From contig LSRY02000003.1 in NCBI GenBank assembly GCA_001643675.2, positions 1,178,001-1,242,000 on the forward strand: a stretch of DNA of 64,000 nt, given 5' to 3'. The notes under the pieces are model-generated. The model saw only the letters and a program-made list of their open reading frames with translations, searched no databases and was not told where the DNA came from. The translations under genes and the position numbers were made by a program. Shown in pieces: positions 50,306-63,800 of the stretch. The DNA is from Monocercomonoides exilis PA203. Taxonomy: Eukaryota > Protista > Preaxostyla. Positions within the stretch are counted from its first letter, which is position 1. Every line of letters begins with the position of its first letter.

Positions 50306-50973
50306 ATGCAAAAAGAATCGTCTTTTAAGGCAAAATATCCATTAGAAGTGCGCAGGAATGAAGCAGAGAAAATGCTGTTTGCAATGAGATTAATTAATTT
50401 TATTCACAAGTTGTGATAATCAGCCAGAAATATCCTGATAGAATACCAGTTATTTGTGAAAAAGCTAAACGAAGCGACATTCCAGGTTGAATTTTCTATC
50501 CAAACATTCTTTTATATTGTGTTTATTATTTTATTTTATTTTATTTTTTATTCTCTGTATTTGTAGAGATTGACAAGAAAAAGTATGAATAATTGAAAAT
50601 TATGAAAATAACTGTTGGCTTCTGTTTTAATGTGTTGCTTTTCCACAAAACATTTCATATTATTCAGATTTTTGGTTCAGAGTGATATGACAATTGGTCA
50701 ATTTGTTTTTGTTGTCCGGAAACGAATTAAGGCATGTTTTTGAATTGTTACATTTTTCCTTCTTTCATTTTTTTATACTTTTAAAAATTCAAAACTTTGC
50801 GCAAACAATAGCTAAGCCCTGAAAAAGCTATCTTTGTGTTTATTGATAATTCTATTCCTCCATCTGCAGCCGTTCTTTCAACCGTTTATGCAAACTATAA
50901 AACTAAACATTCCAATGATGATGGATTTCTCTATGTGACGTATTCCGGAGAAAACACTTTTGGGTTGAACTAG
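50306..50973 (+). CDS. ATG8: Autophagy protein ATG8 (GABARAP-like), 5 exons; absent from the ORF track
   Basis: Spliced product [81 protein letters not shown]...[17 protein letters not shown]. Confidence 0.95.
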
Positions 50974-51544
50974 TGCAGTTCCTTGCTTATTGTTGTAGTA
51001 TAGATATGATTTTATTTTCTGTTTTGTAGAATATTGAATTCTCATTGAACTTTTTCCATGTTTATTGAATCTTTGTCAGAGTTTAATTTCAAATGTGTAT
51101 TCATTTTTTATTATCTGTCATTTTATGAAACATTGTTACATACGTTGTTATTAATTTTTCTTTGAATGTTATTATTTGCATTCACAAAGAGTATTATTTT
51201 TGTTTGATACTTTTTTGCATAAATCAACAAACTGTTGAACATCATTTGATAAAAATGTGTTTTAATAAGAGCATGTCCATGGTCCATTGAGGCGATATGA
51301 TATTTGCACAATAGCAATTGTTTTAGCAACATTTTCCTTTCATTCTGTTTTTTTGTTAATGTTTCTTTTCTGTGTTTTCACTTAATTGAGTGAAACAAGG
51401 ACTAGCAATTCTGTTTAATGAAAAGCACACAGTTTTGATTGAAATTTATTTCCCGAAGATAAATATATTTATTAAATTGGAATATTCAATCAAACAAAAA
51501 AAATTTGAATAGTTAATGATTTATTATTATTATACTCAGATCAA

Positions 51545-52772
51545 ATGTTGAAAGCTCTTTCTTTTTCAATTGAGTACTGCTCGTCAGAAGATTCATCAAG
51601 ACCCGTACAAAATTTGATCAACAATGATACTAACAATCCGGGATGGCAATCATCATTGTGTGCAAAATACATTTAGAATTGTTTTTTGTTTTCTTTATTT
51701 ATCATATTTTTTTGCTTTATTGCAAAAGGCATGCATCATTTCCTCAAGAACTTATATTCAGATTTCATGATGGGCTGTGTCAAATCACAACGTTACAGAT
51801 TTTGAGTCATGAATTCAAGATTCCAACCGAAGTATCTGTCTATATTGGATTACTTCCTTCTGAAAAAGAATATGGATCTTTCCAACAAGCAACTTTTATG
51901 AAATTGGGGTTCTTTAATTCTATTTAAATTTTTCAATGTGAAATCCATTTTTTGACTCTTTTTCAGGAGTACAACCTTTGCTGATAATCAATTAAATCAC
52001 TTTGAATTCAATGAACTAAAATCTTTTAATCTTGATGCACAAGGTCAATTTATCAAACTCATATTTTCTAAACCACATGATAATGAGTATAACACCGGAA
52101 AACAAATTGGAATTAGAGCGATAAAAATTTTGGGAAATGCTGCAATCGTTGCAAAAAAGCAACAACAAGATTTCTTGGCTGGAATTGTGAACGAAGCTTC
52201 TCCCCGCATGGTTTTTTCTCATTTGCTTTTGCAATATATAACACTTTTTTTTTGAATCTTTTTTTATGAATATTCAAAACGGTTTTTTTATTTCAACTTT
52301 TTTTTCATCATTTTTCCAAACACATCAAGTCTCCAACTGCTCTGCACCGAGGAATTGATCAAAAGCAGACATCAATGTTAGCGATGTCAACGCAGCAGCC
52401 CCCTCTGTATGGCTCATTGCGAGCTGATTCGCGATTTCCATATGACTCAACCGCACAGGTTTCAGCAGGGCAATCAAGCTATTCCAAAAATCCGAATGCT
52501 GCCGATCCAAAGAAGATCAGCGACGTCGAAGAGATTTCTCCGTTTGTGCCACGGACACAGCTGAGCCGGACGCCTCAGATGAAAGAGGATGTCAAATTGG
52601 AGCCTCAGCAGCAGTATTCGAACGCCCCTGATGTCATTTCGCCTCCCAGGTCAATTCACGCCACGCCTTCACATCTTCAGCCAAACACGTATTCACCTCA
52701 CACATTTCCTTCCCCTTCCCGCCAGCCTGCACATCACAGAGCTCTCTCCATGTCTTCTGTCCCTTCTCGTCC

Positions 52773-52811
<39 letters not shown>

Positions 52812-55008
52812 TACATCTATTTTCCTCCCTCCCCCCAAGCGCTGTCCGCCATTGTCTGTGCTGTTAGCACGGGGTGTGTCAACAGACATGGCTGATCGTG
52901 TTGCCGAGTTGTATCTGAACAAAGAGGCCGCTGTGATGGACGAAGACTTTGAGAGTGCAAAGGAATGGCAGACGGAAATCCTGAAGATTATGACAGAGCT
53001 GGATGCAAACCTGAGGAAGAGAGAGAAGGAGAAGGAGAAGGGAAGTGGAAGAGAAAGAGAAAGAGAAAGAGAAAGAGAAAGAATGAATGCGAAGAGCCGA
53101 GCAGGAGAGGAAGAGGAAGACGAATGGAACCGAATGGACATTGAGGAAGAAGCGAATGATGTGCGAGGGATGGGCATAGGAAAGAGTGGGGCAAAGGGAG
53201 AGATGGATGAAGAGGCGTATGCTTCTGATGAGCTCAGAAGGAGGGAGAGTGTGGACATCATAGAAACGACATATGAGGAGATGAAGAGGAGGGTGGAGGA
53301 AAGAGAAAGAGAGCTGAGAGAAGAAGAAGAGGAGGAGGAGGAGGAGGAGCAAAAAGCAAAGGAAAGGCAAAGAAGAGCGGAGAAAATGAGAAATGGAAGG
53401 ATGGAAATTGATGGAAGCGAAGGAAGAATGGAAGAAGACGTTGACGAAGTTGAATTAAATCGAAGGAGAGCAGACGGAAGAAGAGCAGATAGAGAGGATA
53501 TTCGAATGGACGTTGAGCCATTCAGCAGCAGCAGCAGTGGAGTTAACCACAGCATACGACAGCCATCATCTTACTCTTCATCATCTTCTTCCTCCTCTTC
53601 CTCCTCATCTTCCTCATCTTCCTATCCATCCACACAGAATTATGACAAGCCTAATTCATCCGCATCGCCCCGGCAGTCGCCAACGGCAGCGTTTGTGGAT
53701 GCGATTCTGAAGTCAGACAAGGAAGACCCGCTGACAGAGGCAGACGTGGCTGAAGTGGAGAGGAAAGAGCTGGAGCGCCTGAAGAGACTGGAAGAAGAGA
53801 AGAAAGCAGCCCTTTTCAATGCAGACGACCGCCCGCTGCCGTCAGCGCCGAACCCGTTTTACTCGCTTTTTGGTGTTGCTTCTTCTTCTTCTTCCTCTTC
53901 TACAGATGCAGCAAATGGAGGAGGAATGGGAGAAGGAAGAGATGATCACAGCCAGAGGAGTATTGCTGGGCAGAGGAGGCTATCAGATGCAGGGAAAGAG
54001 CGAGGGATGAGAGGAAGAGACATTCGAGACATTAGTAATAGCAGTGGAAGTGGAAGTGGAAGTAGCAGTGGAACAAGAGAGAAGAATGCAGGCAGATCAA
54101 TTGTTTCAAGAACAGGTGCTCAAAGAGGAGGAAGAGTTGCTGTGGGGAAACAAGGGGCGATGAGGCCGAACACAGCAGCTGGACAGTCTGGTGGATATCG
54201 TTCTGGTTCTTCTTCTTCTTCCTCCTCCTCCTCCTCTGCCATTTCGGCTAATCCAAAACACACTTCTTATTCAAATCTGGCATCTCGTCCAAAAACTGCT
54301 GCTGCTTCTTCTTCTGGTTCATCATCTTCTTCTTATTCATCATCTTCAACCACTTCAAATTCTCGCTCAACTCTCACATCTCCACGCAGGGGCATTCCAT
54401 CTCTCAATTCACATTCACAGCCACAGCCACAGCCACAGCCACAGGTGTCACCACAGCGCAGTAAACAGCAAGCATCATTGCTTCCTCAAAGCGACAATGA
54501 AACTTTTCCAATTTCATTACCTTCTTCTTCTTCTTCAATTCCCTCATTTCCTTCAGACAACATATCTTACTCTTCCTCCTCCTCTTCTTCCTCTTCAGAC
54601 ACCCACTGTCCCTTCTGCAACCTCTCCCGTCCTTCCTTCTCCTCTCCCTCTGCTCTTCGGCAGCACCAAGAGATTGAATGCCCGATGCTGACAGAATGCA
54701 CACGGTGTGGGGGCATAGTGCAAGTGAGGTATTTGGTGGAGCATCTGCTGATTGACTGCGACTACCAGGGCGATTATGTCGAGTGCAATGAATGCGGCGA
54801 GGCGGTGCTGGCAACGCGCTTTGAGCAGCACAGAAGGAGCAGCGAGTGTGTTGGCGGTGGGAAGGAGAGGGTGCCGGGGGCAGTGAGATGTATGCTGTGC
54901 CATTGCGATGTGGAGAATAACCAGAACGCGTGGTTTGCGCACCTGTGCAGAGATGGAGGGTGTGCGGGGAACCCGAGAACAAGGTTGGCGAAAAGAAAGA
55001 GGATGTGA
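51545..55008 (+). CDS. CEP104: CEP104/FAP256-like ciliary protein (jelly-roll N-terminus, UVR-like coil, C2HC zinc fingers)
   Basis: CSSED...GWQS|..FPQELIFRF...LQILSHEFKIP...F.KLG|...ELKS...GQFIKL...H.N.YN...QIGI.AI.ILG; K.AAV.DEDFE.AK; CPML..C..C...V....L.EHLL.DC...RC.LCH...W..HL...GC.GNPR. Confidence 0.85.
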
Positions 55009-55343
55009 AAGTGTTTTTTATTTTTTATTTTTTATTTTTATTTTTTTTATTTTTGTTGAAATTTTTTTTCGTTTTTAAAAGGTTCTAAATAAATTGTTCA
55101 ACCAAAAGCCGAAAGAAAATAAATGGAATCTATGAAGATGTTAGATTTTTATAAAAATTCATTTCATTATATTTTATAGAAATATAAAGTGTGCAATCTT
55201 TAAAATTTAAAACATTTTTTTTTCACTTCAAAAAAAGATAGACAGATATAAATAGTGGTGAATTTTGATCAACACTTTTCGTAATAAATTAAGGTACCAT
55301 CTTCAAATTAATTCTTTATATCATCATCTTAATTAATTGAAAA

Positions 55344-56609
55344 ATGGAAAAGAATATTTTTGAGCCACTTTACGCACATGTTCCTGCTAGTATTTTAGAA
55401 TTTGCAGCACAATTACCAAAAGAACAAAGAGAAAAATGTCATAGTTTATTTTCGAGGAGCGCACCAAATTTACCTATGCCAACTGAATTAGATCGATTTT
55501 CAGAATCTCTTGATGTTTTGGAAAAAGCGGATTTTTGGAAGGCTGTGTCTCAAGTTCGAGCTCAATCGACAAATCTTGTTCCATTGCCAAGTTTACCCAC
55601 TTCTGATAACATTTGCGCATATCCTGCTGCGCCACCGAATCTCGAGGGAGTTAACAGTTCAGTGCCAGTTGCAGATGAAGTTCGTTGTGATCCTCCCACC
55701 AATTTAGGAGCTGCTGCCCCGAAGAATAAATGGGAATTAAGCTTTGTTGCACCAATTATTGACGAAGAAGGTGTTCCTTCTCGGCAATTCTTTTCTCAGC
55801 TAATGAAAGGAGAAAAAGCGGTAAAAGAGCCGGAGAAAGAAAAAACTCCATTTTTACGTTCGACAGACGTTCAGCGCGAAGTTGCCAGGAAATCAATAGA
55901 GAATGAAAGTTTTCAAAACGATAAATGCCTTGATGAAGATCAAAAGTTTGTGTTAACAGAATTTAAGCGAGTTTGGGGAAAAGAGAAAAAAAGAGTTGTC
56001 TGCAACAAAAAATTTTATGTAAATGATAAATGCTTAACGTTGATTTCAGCATTAGGTGTTGTAATAGCATTTTTTTGTGATGATTGCTGGATTAATTTTT
56101 ATTGTTAATGGCATGTCAACTGCTGGTGGAATTGTATTTATTGTTGTTGGAGCACTTGCTATGCTTGCTCTGATCATATTAATGATTTGCTCCTGCTTTT
56201 TAACTTCCTTTAGCTCATTGGGAATTGAAAGAGATTTGACATAGAAAGGATTTTGGAGCGATTTAAGAGAATCAATGAAGCCATGTGTGGAGAAAAGAGA
56301 CAAAAATTGGATAAGAAAAAAAGAATGGAGATGGCTCATGACAAAGAAAGAAAGAAAAGAAGAAGAAGAAATTGATAAAATAGAAGACGAGCGAAAGGAA
56401 AAGGAGGAAAATGAAAAAATGATCCTAGAAGCAGCAATTGAAATGGAAAGACTAAAAATAAAGCAGGCAATGGCAGGAGAAATTGAAGATTTGAGCGAGC
56501 AGAAATTGACAACCGTGCTGTGAAAGTTATGGTGTCTGTTGACATGGGAACAAGCACAATTCTGAAAGAAGATGAATATGGCAACAAGAAAATGTACGAG
56601 AAGCTTTAA
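55344..56609 (+). CDS. Hypothetical membrane protein (spliced; structure uncertain)
   Basis: 254-aa ORF, then a hydrophobic exon (~56053-56200) and charged coiled-coil exons. Confidence 0.5.
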
Positions 56610-57749
56610 AGAAAGAGATTTATTTTTTTTTAAAGTTTTTGAAAATGTTTTGAGATTTTGATAATTTTATAATTGTTTTTGAGAAATATTGTGTTATTTG
56701 TTGACGTTTACAATTTAATTTTTCTTTGGATTAATTTATATTTCTTTTTCTGAATCATATTTATGCTTGCTTTAAAGATATTTCATAAAAAAAAAAATTT
56801 TTTTTTTAAGTTTCTGTTTGAATGAAGATATTTATGATTAATATGCTGAGCATAAATTGAATTTATTTATTTATTTATTTATTTATTTTTGATAATAATT
56901 ATGACATATTTTTGTTTTTTCAATAAGATTCTTTTTTGTTATTTTTCGTTTAACTGTTTAGATTTTTTGAATTTAAGTTTACAAAAGAAACTTCTGAACA
57001 AATTCAATTTATTTAATTAAAGACTATTAAACGTCTTATTTTAATTTTTGTGATGAGCATTATTCCACTAATCTCGCGTTCAACGCACAATTCTTAAAGA
57101 TTAAATAATTATTTATTAATAATAAGTTATCTGACAAAATTTTAATAAATTTTAAATCTGTTGTTTGAGTGCTGAGAGTGAATGGAACAAAAGTTTTTTC
57201 TTTAATCAACTTTCATTAACCAAAAATTTCTAAAAATGAAGTTTGAAAATAAGTTTTGTGAAGGGATAGATTTGTTTGAAAAATCTTAATTTCTGTTTTC
57301 CTAACTGATGACAAATTGATATACATCATGTTCAATCTCATCTTCACTGGATTGTGGTTGAAGAATGGTCACAAAATGAAATTTCAACGATTCTTCAATT
57401 TTAAAAAAAAATATTGTTCTTTTTGTATTAAAATATGAGCCAAATCAATGAATCAGCTCCACAAATTCAAAAAAATTTTTGACTTTTACTGAATTAAAAA
57501 ATAATTTTTTAATGAAAATATATAAAACATGGATTATTTTTGGTGATAAATTTTTTCATTTATTAAAAAAAAACATGTTTTGTTCATAACTTTTTCTTCA
57601 TTGTATCATCATATGTCAAACATTCCCATGCATGCATAAAAAGAATATATATGTAAAAAAAGTGAAAAACATTTGAAATAATTGAACTGAACAAAATTCA
57701 TATATCAACTAACTTCTTTCTTTTTAATCAACTCTTTTTGAATAAAATA

Positions 57750-57820
57750 ATATGGGCTGCAGAAATATTTCATATCCCCATTTTTCCTGCATCCACAATT
57801 GTGTCGAGGAGCTTCCCCAC
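57750..57820 (+). promoter_or_regulatory. Conserved upstream segment shared by both full-length receptor genes
   Basis: TATGGG..G.....TTTCAT.TCC.CATTTTTC.TGCAT.C.CAATTG...CGAGG..CTTCCCCA just before the ATG here and at ~13032-13099. Similarity is not evident further upstream. Confidence 0.45.
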
Positions 57821-60800
57821 ATGAAAGTCGCATTCAATATTGTTACATTGCTGTTGCTAGTTGCTAACTGCTATTATGGAGAAGGCATTGCAGAAAGGCA
57901 ATATCATCAAAAATGGAACGTGGAGATGCAGGAAGGCAAGATCAGCATTGCAGATAAAAATAGAGATAACAACTATAATTTTTGCAATTCATTGAAGAAA
58001 GTAATAAAATCAGCTGACAATCACATTTGCAGCATTCAAACAAGTCTAAATATCTTCAACACCTCCTTGTGTGTGACCCATCTCAATATCATCCCTCTCA
58101 GTGGCTGTCCACTCCTCACTGCCCAACACCACTCCGCTGCCTCCATCTGCTCCTCCACTTGCACCATCCACCCACCTTCCCTCACCAACAACCACCACCA
58201 CCACTGCCCCCTCTTCCTCTCTGCCCATGCCTCCCTCTCCCTCACAAACTTCTCCCTCACCACCCACCAACCTGCCATCCTCTCCTTCCCCCTCTTCTCC
58301 ACCCCAAACAATCTCCTCCCACATGCCCACTCCCCAATCCCTGCCTCCTTCTCCATCTCCCACTCCTTCTTCTCCTCTTTCGTCTCCCTCGTCCAGCCCT
58401 TCCTTTTTTCTCCTTCTTCCCTCTCTTCCCCTTCCCCTTCTCCATCTCCTTCCCTTTCCTCTTCTCCTTCATCTTCCTCATCCTCATCCTCATCATCTTC
58501 TTTTTCTTCCCCTTCCTCTTCCCCTTCGATTTCCTCTTCCCCTTCCCCTTCCCTTCTCTATATCCATCACCAATCCCATCCCCACCTCCATATCCACCTC
58601 AATCTCCATCTCTCAAACACCCTCTTCTCCAACATCTCATCTCCCCAATCCCATCCATCTCTTCCATCCCTTCCCTCCCACTCACTCAATTCATTCATCT
58701 CAACCACTTCTTCCTCTTCCTCTTCTTCCTCTTCCACCAACACCAACACCAATACAATTCCCTCTTTCTCTCTTCATTCATCCCTCTCCATCCACTCAAC
58801 CATCTTCAAGCACACCCACAACCCCATTGACGGAGCCATTCTCCCAAACCTCAACAGCCCATCCACTTCCATCTTTGCCTTCAACACTTCTTTCCTCCAC
58901 CAAACACGCTCTTTATCAAATGCTCCTGTTGAATACATCGGATCCCAAACTCAAAAATTGAAACCTGGAAGGTTGACTTCTTTTGATGTTAACAGCCATC
59001 GCTTTGAATGGTGTGAATGGAATAATTCATATGGTGGTAGTGATCATGGAGGTGCTCTAAAAGTCAACTGCACAAATGCAAATCTCACAATCACTGCTTG
59101 TTCATTCAATAATTGTTCATGCACAGGTAATGGCCATGGTGGAGCGTTATATTGTGATTATTTGTTGAAAATTGATATCACAAAGTCCAATTTCACAAGC
59201 TGTTCAGCTGCTCATGGAGGAGCTAATTGTATTGCTGGGCCGCAATCAAATTCTGATTGGATATTCTCAGAAAACAGAGTCGAAAGTTGTTCAATAGCAT
59301 ACTGGTGTGGAACTGGTTGGTATTTTAGGATCAATAACATGACCTCAAACGGTCAATTCCTGTTTTCCAAATGCAAGTGCATTGCAAATTCTGGTGGTGA
59401 TTCTGCTGGTTCTTTAACATTTTATAATCCTCCAAGCAACAAACCGAGTCAGTTTTTAATTGATGATTGCCAGTTTATCAATAACAAATTGACTGCCTCT
59501 TCAACATATGGAGGTGCCGCGATGTGTTTTTATCCTTCAAATTCCTGGATGATCGGGTTCAAATTCATCACTTTCTGCTTCTTCGATAGTAATACTGCTG
59601 CAAATGGCAGGGGAAATGATGTGTTCTTTTACGGAAATAGCATCACACAATCCCCATTCGAGAATTGTGGTTCAACAACCCCAACACAAAGAGTCTGGAA
59701 TAACAATACAGCTGATAACACTGAGTACAATGGCTGGCTCCCACTCATCGCCCAGAACAAAATCGTTGCCAACAGTGGAAGTGATGCTGATGCCTGTGGC
59801 AGACCCCAACAGACCCCATGTGCCACCATCGAATATGCCCTCAATAGTTTCATTTCCCTCCTCCAAGACGCCTCCCTCACCCTCCTCACCTCAACATTTG
59901 TTCCCACTCAAACACTCACCTTCAGCGCTGTTGACACTAAAATCACTGGAAATGGCACAACTGCCACCACCATCGCCTCCAGTGGCATTCCTCAACCAGC
60001 TTCTTCTTTTTCTTCTTCATTTCCTTCTTCATCATCTTCTTCACCAGATCCATCTGCCTCGTCTGCCCTCTTCCAACAGGCCCAGGGCTCCCTCACAGTC
60101 TCTGCCCTCGCCATCGCTCACAACTCCACAAATCAAATCACCCCCATCCTCTTCCACCTCTCCGATAACTCCCCTTCCCTCAACCTCAACACAACCACCA
60201 TCACTGGAACAACCTCCAATTCAATCACCACACCCCTCTTCTTCCTCACTGCTGGCTCCCTCGCCCTCAACCACACAGCAATCACCCAACTCTCCCTCAA
60301 CAGCCAAAGCATCTTCCACCTCACCTCCCTCACAGCTCCCCTCACCCTCAACTCCTCCAACATCACCCACATCACCTCCACTGCCTCCCCCGCCAGCTGT
60401 GTCCTCTCCTCTGCCACCTCCCCTGCCCTCTCCCTCTCCCTCGCCAACTGCACCATCGCCAACATCGACTCAGCTCCACAAAACCAACAGACTGCCACAG
60501 ATGGCGGGTGCATCTCATTCGCCTCATCTGCCCCTGCCAACTCGTTTTCGGTGAGCAACACCATCTTCTCCACCTGCTCTGTGAGCGAGGATACAAGTTC
60601 TGGAGGAAGAGGCGGTGCTCTCATGATCGAGTTCAATGAAGGCTCACAAGTGTCAGAATCCTCCTTTTCCATCACCAATATTGTGTTTTCAGCCAACAAA
60701 GCGAGTGTTGGAAGAGATATGTATTTTGTGTGTGAATCATTTGTCGCTTCTGTGAAAGAGCCCATGTTCGCCTTCATGGGAAACATCACTCAGAAAGACA

Positions 60801-63800
60801 ACTCGGTTGTTGGACATGACAGAACAGAGGCATTCGGTGATTGGGATGTCGATTTATTCATATTCTTCGATGGTTTCTTTGACAGTACAATATATGTGGA
60901 TGGAACATCTGGTGTGGAGGAGGTGTATTGTGGAATAGAAAAGGCACCATGTTACAACGTAAACTACGGAATCGGGCATTTGAAGAGAACACAGAACACA
61001 AAACAGGAGATTATTGTTATTTCAAATACGTTGATGGCGGGGTTTGTGGACGTGGGTGGAATATGCATGAAGGCAAAAACTGAGACAATTGTACAGATCG
61101 AATGCAAAAGGGAAGTGAGTGGATCTGAAGCGTGCGTGGTGGAATCATCATCGCTGACAGAAATACAGTTCATTGAAATTATTGTTCCATCGAGCTTTAA
61201 CAGAACAATCTCAGCAGTGATTGAATCGAGCACTCAAAATGGGGAGTTGCACTTGAAGAACTGTGAGATGAGTGTTGTTGGAGGGAAGCAAAACACGATT
61301 GGATTTATCTTGATCAAATCGACAGGAAAGATGGTTGAACTGGATTCTGTCACGATTTCAGATGTGAAATCAACAGTTTCGTTGTTTTCAATTTCGCTTT
61401 CCTCATCAAATGTGAATGAACAGGAATTCAAAGTGAAGATGTTGAATTGCATACTGGAAAGATTCGAGATTGATGGAGGTGAAGAGGCAACAGTATTTGG
61501 AGGGAGTGTGGGAGTTGGAATGGCAATAAATGGAAGCAAGATAGAAGGGGCATTGTCGGAGAAGAGCAAAGAAGGAGGAGCACTGAAAATAGTGTTGAAT
61601 GAAGGAGGGTTTATGACAATTGAAAATAGTACATTAACTGGATGTGTTTGTGAGAATATGAGTGAGGGAGGAAAAGGAGGAGGAATATATCTGGATTGCA
61701 GTTCAAATGAAGAAGGATTTCAGCTTTCATCGATATCGTTTTCTGGATGCTCAGCAACGGTAGGGAAGAACATGTTTGTGAAGAGTGGGAATCTTGTGAA
61801 CAGTGTGAAAATAGAGCGTTTTGCATTTGATTGCACAGATTACGAGGATGATGGAAATGCATTTGTTGGGGAAGATGGGAAATATGGAGAAATGGATCTT
61901 CGAGTGTTTCTTGTTTCTTTGAAGTGGGTGGAGGCGTATGTGTCGACTGGTGGACATGACACATTGGGATGTGGAAGTGAAATGTTCCCATGTGAATCGA
62001 TGAAAAGTGGAATTGACCACATTGACAGAAGTGGAACAGAAGGAGAAAGGAAAGTGAAAGTGAGGGATGAAGGGACAATTGAAGATTCTTATTCATTCAC
62101 AGATGCACTTGTGATTGATGGATGTGTGAATGAGGGAGATGAAACCAAGCACAAGCCAATTCATTTTGAAGGTCCAATCAAAGGGAATTCTGCATCATCT
62201 GTTATTTCATCAACTGCCTCACTCGACTTGTTATCTTTGAAGCTGCAGATTCCAAGTCAATTTGTACCAAGTATAAATACACTGATCTCATCGAGTGGAG
62301 ATCTTCAACTCGAAAACTGTTTATTTGAGATCCGATCAACAGATATTATTCAATATTCGTTGATAACCACAACAACTGGAAGTTGCACATTGAAAGGATG
62401 CAGTCTGACAGATTGTTCATTTGCCAAATCTCCATTGGTGATGGCTTCTTCTGTTTTGTTTGAAAACAGCAATTTTTCAAACATTGTGAACACTGGAAGC
62501 GGTGAAGGAGGTCTTGCAACAGTGACATTAAAAAATGAGGAAGATTTGGTTATAATATCAACAAATGCATCATCTTGCTCACTTTCATCAAGCAATGGGA
62601 AAGGAGGATTCTTGTATTTGGATTGTGAAAATTGTTTGAATGAAAATCCATTTATTTTTGATACTGGCGTAACATTTGAGAACAACAATGCAACTTTTGG
62701 AAAGAATATGTTCATTTTGGCAAAAGATTTTAATACTTCTGTAACAAATATATCATTCAAATTTGAATATTCCTCAATGAAGGATGATAAAACTCTGTTT
62801 GTTGGAAGTGATGACAAACATCAAGAAAAGGATTTATTCATGTTTCTGATTCCATACAGCTCATTTGAGATATTTATTTCATTGAACGGATTTGATGTCA
62901 CGCGTTGTGGAAGTGAGGAAGAGCCATGCAAAACGATGTGGAAAGGGATGAAAAATATGAAAGAGGAGAATGGAAAGAAAACAATTCATATTGAAGAATC
63001 AACAATTATTCGAGATTCATTCAATGTTTCAAATTATCAGATCAAAAAGGATGCGAAGATGGGAGATGAAAATGCGAAAGCAACTTTGAATTTTGAAAAG
63101 GCAGTTGGAAGTCAACTGGATTATTTCATGGTGAATGATATTCATCTTGAATTGTCCAATATCCAATTTCAACTAACATCAGGATTTGACAACTCAGCCA
63201 AAACGATTATTTCCAGCAAAATTGGAGAATTGGTGATAAGTGAATGTTCATTCCATTCAGAAGCAGGAGCGAACAATGGATTTGATTGTGTATTTGTGGA
63301 TGTGATTGGAGGAACTGTGGAAGTGAATGATTTATCGATTGAATCATGCAATGTTGGAAACAGTATTTTTGCAATTAACAATGCTGTAGTTGTTTGCCAT
63401 TTAGTGAATGTTCGAGTGGAATCATTGAATGAAAGCGGCGAATGCCTTCTTCTGATCAAAGGAACTGAATCAACAACAAAGATAAATGAAGCAGACGAGA
63501 AAATGAGTCTCAAAATTGATAATTCATCATTTTCAGGGGTGAAAAGAAGTGATAATGGACCAAGCATTTTGGAGTCGAAAAGTGAGAAAAAGATTGATTT
63601 GGTTGTAAAGGAGAGCAACATTACAGAAGATAAGGCAGAAGAAAGTGAAAAAGGAGGAGCAATATTCTTCACTTTGGGTTCATCAGGATCAATGAAGATG
63701 ATTGGCTCAACAATCAGCCATTGCAGCTGCAGCAACAATACAGGAAGAGGAGGAGGAGTGTATTTGGCAACAAAGGAACGAGGAGAATTGAACTTCACAT

